NCBI RefSeq assembly: GCF_000196355.1
Contig: NC_007614.1
Location: 450,001-482,000 of the forward strand
Origin: Nitrosospira multiformis ATCC 25196
GTDB taxonomy: Bacteria; Pseudomonadota; Gammaproteobacteria; Burkholderiales; Nitrosomonadaceae
Reading direction: 5' to 3'
DNA length: 32,000 bases
The translations under genes and the position numbers were made by a program. The notes under the pieces were generated by a model. The model ran no database searches and had not been told where the DNA came from. It saw nothing but the letters and a program-made list of their open reading frames with translations. Of the stretch, positions 7,510 through 14,975 are shown piece by piece. How positions within the stretch are numbered: position 1 is the stretch's first letter; each line of letters begins with the position of its first letter.

Positions 7510-8619
7510 TCAGCATTTTTCATTTTCCAATACCTCCCAGCAGTGTGCGAGAACCTGAAAAATCAGGGGGTTGCTGGAAATAGCGGCAATTTCATGGTTC
7601 AGCCAGAACGAGGGTTTGGTCCAGTTGAAGCTCCCAAAAATCGACCAAGCGTGATCGCCATCCTCCACCAGCACGAATTTAAGGTGCATGGGAAGCCGCT
7701 CGGGATTCCGGATACGCCTGAACCGGATTCCGGCGGAAGCCAGCCGTCGTTCCACTTTAGGCGTGACGCGTCTATGCGTCGACTCCGCGAATATTTCCAG
7801 TGTAGTGCCCCGCCTGGCAAGCCCTGCCATAACGTCAACCGCACTTTCCGTCCTGATATGTGATGCGACGACACGTATACGGGCACCGCTGTTGACCCGG
7901 CTCAGGAACTGCACGACGGGATGTGGACTGACCCGAGGCCAGAAATGAATTGTGGTATCCGCGCCATGGATGATGCGGCTTGCATGGGTCGAGAACCGAT
8001 AGAAGAGGCCCGGCGGCGACCGGTGAATCTGCCTTGCATGATTCACCAGTCCCTCGACCAGTACCGGATCGTTGAGTCCAACCAACGCATTGTAGCCACG
8101 GTCCTGATCACCGATTTCCCGAATGAGCTCGGGATCGTCTTCCGGCATATTGCCCGAGGGATTGAAGGATCCAATAAAGGCAACGGGTTCTGGATGTGAA
8201 AAACAGTAGAGTTTCTCGTGTAACTGGGGCTTCCACGATTTTGTCGCGGGTGACGGTACGCCGGGGATGGCTATGATGCGAAATGCATCGCCCAGTCCTC
8301 CGGGTCCCGAGAGCATTTTGATCACCGCATCATTGGCGTGAGGAATGCGCGGCCTGCCTTCCAGGCTCAGGGTGACCTGGACGCCCCGCTTGCGCGCCTG
8401 AATCAGCGCTTCCGCCAGACGGAGGTCACGAAAATAATAGGTTACCCAGTCAATGGATCCCCCGGAGGGAACAGCTGTGATGTGTGCGGCCAGAACGTCG
8501 CGCAGATGACCCGGAGCCTGATGGGGACCGCCAAAGTAAATCTCGACCGGAACGGTCTCCATTTCGCTTAGCAAGCCTGAAGAGGGCGGTCTGGGGGAAT
8601 GTGCAAGCGACTTGCTCAA
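7510..8619 (-). CDS. phospholipase D / cardiolipin-synthase-like superfamily protein with two HKD motifs
   Basis: 369 aa. HKD-1 is HEKLYCFSHPEPVAFIGSFNPS and HKD-2 is HLKFVLVEDGDHAWSIFGSFNWT. The listed start is TTG (8619); an alternative ATG lies at 8562 (METVPVEIYFGG). Confidence 0.85.
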   Translation of the reverse strand: MSKSLAHSPRPPSSGLLSEMETVPVEIYFGGPHQAPGHLRDVLAAHITAVPSGGSIDWVTYYFRDLRLAEALIQARKRGVQVTLSLEGRPRIPHANDAVIKMLSGPGGLGDAFRIIAIPGVPSPATKSWKPQLHEKLYCFSHPEPVAFIGSFNPSGNMPEDDPELIREIGDQDRGYNALVGLNDPVLVEGLVNHARQIHRSPPGLFYRFSTHASRIIHGADTTIHFWPRVSPHPVVQFLSRVNSGARIRVVASHIRTESAVDVMAGLARRGTTLEIFAESTHRRVTPKVERRLASAGIRFRRIRNPERLPMHLKFVLVEDGDHAWSIFGSFNWTKPSFWLNHEIAAISSNPLIFQVLAHCWEVLENEKC

Positions 8620-8662
8620 TTAAGGGATGATCCTGAGGGTGTGATTCTGGTATTCGATGTTT

Positions 8663-10567
8663 TCATGCCAGCCTGCGGCTTTGCGGATGAGCAGATTCTA
8701 CTGTAGTTCCGGTGCGTGTCTGTTTCCTGGAAGTGGACGCTATTACGAGGCGGAAGAAATCAACCAGTTCTGGGACATGATGATCGAATGTGAACAGGTG
8801 CCGCTGCTGCCAGACCCGCTCACGCGTCGCTCGCAACTGCTTGCAGTCGCGCAACTGTGCGGCGAGCTCATCCACGGTATCAAAAAAAATTCCAATATCA
8901 AGCTGCTTTGCTAATGTACGAGTGGCGACGAGAGCATCCTCATTCGCCTTCTGCAGCATCGGCAGGCCGGCCGCTGCAAGGGTACTCAGCCTTGCCGGGT
9001 AGTTCAGGTCATCCCAGTTTGCCCGCCTGATTTCCCCTCTGTTGCTGCTTTCGAAGAGATGCAGCCAGCCCGCGTCATATTGGGAGAACTCGGCAGTCCA
9101 GTGACTTTGATCCACGTTCGGGTGTAAATGCAGGTAGTCTGGCGCGATTGCTTGGGTTTTTTCAATCCATTGCAGCCATTGTCCATGGGTTATCTCCCCA
9201 TAAAAATGCAGATGAATGCCATGGTGGGCCAACTCCGCAACATGATGCGGATGCAGCCCGATGGGTCGTCCGGGTGATACGGTATGAATATCCCCTTCGC
9301 TTTCAGAACGCAGCGGCGCACGAGGCTGATCAAACCAGTCACGCTTCGGCAGGTCTCCATCCAGCACGTGGGTGGGTTTATCCAGCGACAAACCGGGAAT
9401 GATGGTATCAAACCAATCCCGCATTTCGGGGCTGGAGAAGATTTGGCCGTTCGAATACCGGTGCAGGTCGATCAGTTGCGGCCAGGTTCCCTTTTCAAGA
9501 CAGATGAAAGGACCTTCCTTGAAATGCCAGACGAAAGGAATGCCGTGCGTGGCCATCAATACCTCATGTGCAAACGGCACTGCCTGCCAGTTGAGCAATG
9601 CATAGATAACATCAGGCTGCACCTGCTTCACTGCTTCGCGCCAGTTGTCGCGCGGCAGGTCCTCCACATGCCCAAAAGGCATCGGCCCTACCGTGTTGTA
9701 CCAGTACGGGTTCTGCATCCACAGGCCATACAGCTTGTGTCCCCGCTCTTCCAGGGCAAGCACGCGCTCGGCGTTATAGGCCAGTTCTCCTACCAGAAGT
9801 ATTTTCAACCCGTTGTCGGCACGAGGAGTATCCGGCCGTTCGCGCATTTTTCGGTAATGGTCCGCTTCATCGATCCGATGGCCTACGGTTGTATGAAAGC
9901 GCAGCGGTTCTTTGACCCGATAATGGGAGCGAAACGTGTTGATGCCGCCTTCCGGTTCCTGCATGATCTTGTGGCGTTGCATCGGGTGGGAGACCCACTC
10001 GCAGGTAAGAGTTCCGCTTTCGGCAAAAGCGCCGAGGGGCCGCAGCAGGCTCCAGTAGAGGCGCTCAAGATCATCCGACTCCAATTCTGCGCGCTCCACC
10101 CACCGCACCGGCATTTTCCGATGCATGCACTGCACCAGTTGCAAAGGAAATTCCGGAATTTGCCCAATGGCCTCGCGGTTGTAATGGTGGCGAACGCCTG
10201 AACAAGCCAACACAGCGCCTTTCTGCGTCTCGAGGCATGTTTTCAGGCTGCCCAGGTGATCGCGGTAATAAACATCATCGGTTGGCAAGTAAGCGATGAG
10301 CGGCGCTTTTGCTTTGGCAATGCCTTCATTCAGGGTGCGACCCAACCCCCGATTTTCGGGAAAGCGATAGTAATGAATGCGGGTGTCGCCCAGGTATGCC
10401 GATACGACTTCGGCTGTAGCATCCCGTGAACCATCGTCGATGACGACTGCTTCCCAATCCGTCAAAACCTGCGCCTGCAGGCTGTCCAACGCGCGGCCAA
10501 TGAATCGTGCTTGCTCATAAGTGGGAACTACTACGCTGACTGAGGGAGAGTATGTCTGCGGCATCAT
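8663..10567 (-). CDS. bifunctional-looking glycosyltransferase: N-terminal GT2 domain plus a C-terminal GT-B (GT4-like) region
   Basis: 634 aa with an ATG start. GT2 signatures: VSVVVPTYEQARFIGRALDSLQAQ, VVIDDGSRD, YLPTDDVY. The C-terminal half starts with LKILLVGELAYNAE… and ends with a GT-B-like …YPARLSTLAAAGLPMLQK…. Confidence 0.85.
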   Translation of the reverse strand: MMPQTYSPSVSVVVPTYEQARFIGRALDSLQAQVLTDWEAVVIDDGSRDATAEVVSAYLGDTRIHYYRFPENRGLGRTLNEGIAKAKAPLIAYLPTDDVYYRDHLGSLKTCLETQKGAVLACSGVRHHYNREAIGQIPEFPLQLVQCMHRKMPVRWVERAELESDDLERLYWSLLRPLGAFAESGTLTCEWVSHPMQRHKIMQEPEGGINTFRSHYRVKEPLRFHTTVGHRIDEADHYRKMRERPDTPRADNGLKILLVGELAYNAERVLALEERGHKLYGLWMQNPYWYNTVGPMPFGHVEDLPRDNWREAVKQVQPDVIYALLNWQAVPFAHEVLMATHGIPFVWHFKEGPFICLEKGTWPQLIDLHRYSNGQIFSSPEMRDWFDTIIPGLSLDKPTHVLDGDLPKRDWFDQPRAPLRSESEGDIHTVSPGRPIGLHPHHVAELAHHGIHLHFYGEITHGQWLQWIEKTQAIAPDYLHLHPNVDQSHWTAEFSQYDAGWLHLFESSNRGEIRRANWDDLNYPARLSTLAAAGLPMLQKANEDALVATRTLAKQLDIGIFFDTVDELAAQLRDCKQLRATRERVWQQRHLFTFDHHVPELVDFFRLVIASTSRKQTRTGTTVESAHPQSRRLA

Positions 10568-10681
10568 GTTTCCTTTTTATCGTTGTGTACCTGAGGCCGC
10601 GTTAACCCTTCGCGGATAAGCAAGTTTAATTATAGAAGCAGAGCCAGTATTTTTTAAGGTTCAGTCACATGAATACCTTTT

Positions 10682-12001
10682 TCACCTGTTTTCAATTCTC
10701 GATGCCTGAGCTTGTGTTTCAAGCAGTGTCACATAACGCGGCAATACATCGGACCCGCCCACGTGAAGCATTTCGTTGATGAAGCGTTGCCGGTGTTCCT
10801 CTACATAGAATGAATCGCAGCCATTGGAAAGAAATCCGTCGATTTTCCGGTATACATCATCCCGGCACTTCAATTCCGTCTCCGGCATGAAATGCGCCAG
10901 GGTAGAGCGACCGGCGTGCAGGTAGTCGGCAGCGAGCACCGGTTTTTTTCCTTTGACTGCTTCAAATACTACCGAAGTGGCAAGATCGATAATGACATGG
11001 GCCCAGTTCATCAGATGAACGGAATGGATTTGGTCGGGTGCCACGCTCACATTGGGGAGGTCACGCAACGAGGTATTTCTGGTCAGGGGTTGTCTCCAGC
11101 CGCCACGGGTATGAGGTTTGATCACCAGTTCCACATTCGGAAAAGCTGCAATCATTCCCACAATTTCCTCGACCTCTTCCCAGAAGGTCGTAAAGTTACT
11201 CTTTCTCAGGAATATCAAGACTTTAAGGCCTTTTGTTTTCGTGGACTCCTTCACTCTTTTTGGCTCCTTCCCGGGGTGGATAGCAGGCGGGGCGGGAGAA
11301 AGTTCTGCCAATTTCACCAGCCACTCGTCACAGTAGCGAGGGGAGCCGAGGACGGCGATGGATTGATCGTCCAGGAATGGGCGAAAACGTTCCGCGCATA
11401 ACTCGTTGGGGACCACCAGCTTGTCGAATATGCTTGCTGCGGAGTAGAGGGAATTCGGCTTGAGACTCCGCTCGTGATGCCGTATCAGCTGGCTGGCATG
11501 CGGACTGTCTCCGTGTGGCAACGAAACCGTGCCCAGACCCTTGCTCCGCGCGAGGGAAACAACCACTTCGACCCATTCCACCGAAACAGGCGAATCCCTT
11601 GTGATCCAGTCAAACACCACTACGCCTCTGTCAGCAGCGGTGAAGCTGCGTTCCAGCAATCTGCCGGCAGTGCTGCGCCAGATCGATTGACGCCGGTCTA
11701 CCCTGTACGCGCGAGCAAGTGCATCGACAAGCGGACCCATTATCGATCGTCGCAAGCGGCTGGCCAGAAGCAGTGTCTGTAGCCGCCACCCTAAAAATTC
11801 CCAGGAGGGCAGGAGATCGCGAATATGGGCAACACGCGCCCCCTCCAGTGTACCCAGAAATTCAACACGGTAATCATTACGGAATTTCGGATTGCCTATC
11901 AATACAACATCGCACCGGTGACCGGACTCGAGCCATTTTGAGATAACCGGTGTAATATGGTCTATATCATTGTAATGTCGGAGAAAAAAGAGCGCTTTCA
12001 T
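10682..12001 (-). CDS. uncharacterised conserved protein, paralogue A (GT-B/epimerase-like features; family not recognised)
   Basis: 439 aa with an ATG start. It is about 70% identical to the product of 27865..29187 (42/60 identical over the first 60 residues by manual count). Conserved blocks: MKALFFLRHYNDIDHITPV, GTVSLPHGDSPHASQLIR, IKPHTRGGW, IIDLATSVVFEAVK-GKPVLAADYLHAGRS. Confidence 0.8.
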   Translation of the reverse strand: MKALFFLRHYNDIDHITPVISKWLESGHRCDVVLIGNPKFRNDYRVEFLGTLEGARVAHIRDLLPSWEFLGWRLQTLLLASRLRRSIMGPLVDALARAYRVDRRQSIWRSTAGRLLERSFTAADRGVVVFDWITRDSPVSVEWVEVVVSLARSKGLGTVSLPHGDSPHASQLIRHHERSLKPNSLYSAASIFDKLVVPNELCAERFRPFLDDQSIAVLGSPRYCDEWLVKLAELSPAPPAIHPGKEPKRVKESTKTKGLKVLIFLRKSNFTTFWEEVEEIVGMIAAFPNVELVIKPHTRGGWRQPLTRNTSLRDLPNVSVAPDQIHSVHLMNWAHVIIDLATSVVFEAVKGKKPVLAADYLHAGRSTLAHFMPETELKCRDDVYRKIDGFLSNGCDSFYVEEHRQRFINEMLHVGGSDVLPRYVTLLETQAQASRIENR

Positions 12002-12096
12002 ATAGGAATTGAGGGAAAGGCTTGCGCCGGAAAGTTGTTTTTTGCCATTACTTCATAGCAACCATGCATAAAGACAGTACAGCTGTTTCAGATCGT

Positions 12097-12136
12097 CAGT
12101 TGTTGCTGCACTTCCCTATGGAAGTTGTTGTCGCAG
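12097..12136. promoter_or_regulatory. candidate operator in a divergent promoter region: a near-direct 12-13-nt repeat flanking a short palindrome
   Basis: cAGTTGTTGCTGCA (12097-12110), then CTTCC-ctat-GGAAG (12111-12124), then TTGTTGTCGCAG (12125-12136). It sits in the AT-rich 315-bp gap between the divergent genes at 12001 (-) and 12317 (+). Pattern only. Confidence 0.2.
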
Positions 12137-12316
12137 TTTCTTATGTTTGGTATCGCACGGCTGGTTTTATTCCCGATCATTAAATTTATATGTTAATGTA
12201 ATCGCGCAAATTCTTTAGCGATTTTCAAATTCAGTGACGGAAGTCATTGCCGCTTTTCCATGAGTGTATTACTTTACTTATAGACTATTCGTACGTCCAA
12301 CAGATCAAGGAACACC

Positions 12317-13270
12317 ATGATAAATAAGGAACTGGATGCGGGATACCAGGAAGGTAATATTGTGCAGATGCTGACGATAGAGCCGGGGGCCGACCTGAGG
12401 GCACCCGAGTTGCAGCGTGCGGCAATCGACATGTTGGAAGGGGGTGGTGTCATCTATCTGCCCAAAAGTGGATTTGAGTTGTCCTGCCATGAGAGAGAGC
12501 TGATTTCGGATACGGCGAATATCCTGTCTCGAACGCCAGATGTCGAGGATGGACGTCCAACCATCATTTTTGATCCAGAGCGTGGGCGTATCAAGAAGTA
12601 TCATTATGCCCAAGTGCGGGGAAAGATGATGCGGGCTCAGGTCAAGAACACAGCCCGTCCCCAGATCGAGGCGATGATGTCGCGCTACAGCAAATGGACA
12701 GAGAGTGTCATCACTCAATTGTTTCCCAGCTATCAGGGAGCCTTGGAGCGGAAACGCGTTACTTATCGTCCTTTCCCCCGTAATAACATCCAATCCCTGC
12801 ACATTGATTCAAGCTACGGCTATCCCACCCAGGGACGAGGCATGCTGCGTGTGTTTTCCAATATCAATCCCACTGACAGGCTGCGTATCTGGCAGCTCGG
12901 CGAACCGTTTGAACCCTTCGTGCGGCGCTTTTTGCCTGCCGCGCACCCGAGTGAGCCGAGTTGGATCACCTCTATCCTGGGTCGCCTCGGCATCATAGAC
13001 GGCCCCAAGACCCGATACGACCGTTATATCGCAACGCTGCGTTCGCTCGGCATGCGCGACAAGGAGTACCAGCGGACGGCCCCGCGCAAGATCATGGAAT
13101 TTCCTGCAGGCGCGAGCTGGATTGCGATCACCGATCTGGTGTTGCATGGGGCCATATCGGGGCAGCATAGTCTCGATCAGACCTTCTATTTGCCCGTGGA
13201 GGCGATGAAGGATTCCTCGCGCTCATCATTGCGCATTCTGGAGAGGTTGGCGGGCAAGGCTTTGGTTTAA
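12317..13270 (+). CDS. kdoO: Kdo hydroxylase (KdoO)-like Fe(II)/2-oxoglutarate dioxygenase family protein
   Basis: 317 aa with an ATG preceded by AAGGAA. It matches my recollection of the KdoO/Kdo_hydroxy family: …LHIDSSYGYPTQGRGMLRVFSNINP…RIWQLGEPFEPF…, …MEFPAGASWIAITDLVLHGAISGQHSLDQTFYLP…. The HxD-type facial triad is plausible (HID…H). Assigned from memory, not from a search. Confidence 0.62.
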   Translation: MINKELDAGYQEGNIVQMLTIEPGADLRAPELQRAAIDMLEGGGVIYLPKSGFELSCHERELISDTANILSRTPDVEDGRPTIIFDPERGRIKKYHYAQVRGKMMRAQVKNTARPQIEAMMSRYSKWTESVITQLFPSYQGALERKRVTYRPFPRNNIQSLHIDSSYGYPTQGRGMLRVFSNINPTDRLRIWQLGEPFEPFVRRFLPAAHPSEPSWITSILGRLGIIDGPKTRYDRYIATLRSLGMRDKEYQRTAPRKIMEFPAGASWIAITDLVLHGAISGQHSLDQTFYLPVEAMKDSSRSSLRILERLAGKALV

Positions 13271-13464
13271 GCGTGAGAGGTGCCAGTCAGAGGTGACGCA
13301 GCCCCGATAAAATCATGCGGACAATCGTCGGATAAAAGCATCCAGGCGATCAGTTGGAATGAAACTGGGACAAAGTCGCGGGAACGTGTCGGTGGCCATC
13401 CATCTGAATCGGTCATAACCTTATCACCTATGCCCCAGACATTTGGCGCCAATACCAGAATACA

Positions 13465-14769
13465 ATGAGTGCCTGGAGTCTCGACAGAATTACGCAGGCA
13501 TTGAGTGGTGCAATGTGGACGTTTTCCTCTCTGCCTGAGGACAACTCGGCCGCCACTTTCGTCCATCGATGTTTCCGGCGGGAAAGCTGGCGAGGTGCCG
13601 GGTTTCGCGAACGCACCCTCATGTATGCAGCCTTACCGTTTGCGCCATTCGTCACCCTGGTGTTGGCTATCGCCTTCACTGCGCTTAACGGACAGGCTAT
13701 AAAGAAGCGGACCGGAAAAGGGATAATCCGGCAAATCCGGGAACAGTTTGAGATTGCGCTGCGATACGCGATTTTGCCCCCCTGGTATTATATTTTTGAA
13801 CTGCATGACGGCGACAAGCGGCGGCGCGCTTCTGAATACATCAACCGCTTTGAAGTAAAAACCTGCCTCTACCGCATCCTCCGTGACTACAATGGCGGCC
13901 TTCCCATCCCTGCAGAGCGCAGTACCTTCTGCATCAAGGACAAATTATGCTTCCTGTCACGCTGTCGCAGGTTCTCTATTGCCACAGCTCCTGTGTTTTT
14001 GATTGTCTCGAAGGGGGAGATCAAAGCAATTGATTGGGGCGGGTCCCTGCTCCCGGAAACCGATCTGTTCGTGAAACCGCTCCAGGGGGAGAACGGAAGG
14101 AACGCGGTACGATGGGATTATCTGGGTTCGGGGCAATATCGGCGCAACGATGGTAAACACGCCACCGCTCAAGAGGTGCTGGAGGGGTTATGCAAGGCAT
14201 CATGGCGCAGGTCTTTCCTGGTGCAGCCCCGGCTTATTAACCATAGAGAAATTGCCGATCTTGCAAATGGCACCTTGGCGACGATACGGGTAATGAGTTG
14301 CCGCAATGAGCGGGGCGAATTCGAGGCAACCAATGCGGTTTTTCGAATGGCGCAAAATGAGACCGTAGTTGTCGATAACTTTCACAGAGGCGGAATCGCA
14401 GTCAATGTCGATCTTCATACCGGCAAATTGGGAAGGGGCGCCTGCGGAGCGTGGGGATCCACAGGAGGAGGATGGTACGAGCGACATGACAAGACGGGTG
14501 TGCAGATTCTGCACCGCGAGCTTCCGTGCTGGCCCGAGTTGCTCGCGATGGTTCGATACGCCCATGGGAGCGCCTTCTCCGACCAGGTGGTAATCGGCTG
14601 GGATGTTGCCCTGCTCGACAGCGGGCCGTGCATGGTTGGAATCAACAAGGCCCCCGATCTGGACATGATCCAGCGGATAAGCCGGCGTCCGCTGGGTAAC
14701 GAGCGGTTCGGAAAGCTTCTGGCATTCAACCTGGAACGCACTGTCGAGGCTGTGCATCAATCTTCTTAA
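13465..14769 (+). CDS. sugar-transfer-associated ATP-grasp family ligase (ATPgrasp_ST-like), copy 1, with an N-terminal hydrophobic anchor
   Basis: 434 aa. ATG 13465 is the first start after an in-frame TGA at 13405-13407. ATP-grasp C-terminal signatures: LFVKPLQGENGRN, DNFHRGGIAVNVDLHTGKLG, GWDVALLDSGPCMVGINKAPDLDMIQ. A hydrophobic stretch is present (AALPFAPFVTLVLAIAFTAL). It is ~73% identical to copy 2 over a hand-counted 101-aa block. Confidence 0.8.
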   Translation: MSAWSLDRITQALSGAMWTFSSLPEDNSAATFVHRCFRRESWRGAGFRERTLMYAALPFAPFVTLVLAIAFTALNGQAIKKRTGKGIIRQIREQFEIALRYAILPPWYYIFELHDGDKRRRASEYINRFEVKTCLYRILRDYNGGLPIPAERSTFCIKDKLCFLSRCRRFSIATAPVFLIVSKGEIKAIDWGGSLLPETDLFVKPLQGENGRNAVRWDYLGSGQYRRNDGKHATAQEVLEGLCKASWRRSFLVQPRLINHREIADLANGTLATIRVMSCRNERGEFEATNAVFRMAQNETVVVDNFHRGGIAVNVDLHTGKLGRGACGAWGSTGGGWYERHDKTGVQILHRELPCWPELLAMVRYAHGSAFSDQVVIGWDVALLDSGPCMVGINKAPDLDMIQRISRRPLGNERFGKLLAFNLERTVEAVHQSS

Positions 14770-14975
14770 GCGGGTCGGAAGAATCGAAACCAGTGTTCGA
14801 TTATGCTGGCCAGAACGGGAAGGGATTCGAGCCAAGTATTACCTCGATGACGCATTTGTAACCTTGTTTAGATTTCCTAGGTGGTGCTGGCTGGCCAGCC
14901 CTGATTTCTCGGCCGGTTATTTGCCTATACTCCCGCTCTCCAGCTTGTTTATATTGCCTGCATGAGCCCTATTCG

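Noticed and set aside
7510-8619. The PLD-family protein as a Nuc-like nuclease or part of an anti-phage defence system
   Set aside because: It is co-directional and tightly spaced with glycosyltransferase genes. No partner genes typical of defence systems (helicase, ATPase, methyltransferase, TIR/SIR2 and similar) are nearby. Glycan- or lipid-related phosphodiester chemistry is the more economical reading, although nuclease activity is not excluded by sequence alone.
9284-10201. 305-aa plus-strand ORF, with the neighbouring ORFs 9148-9402 and 9372-9605
   Set aside because: It lies entirely antisense to the 634-aa glycosyltransferase gene, which has clear GT2 motifs. The translation is Arg/His/Pro-rich with no family-like motifs. 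This is a typical shadow ORF of a moderately GC-rich gene.
14782-14802. Hairpin AATCGAA-accagtg-TTCGATT just after the ATP-grasp copy 1 stop, as a possible terminator
   Set aside because: The stem is AT-rich and only 7 bp, with no following U-tract. This is not enough to call an intrinsic terminator.
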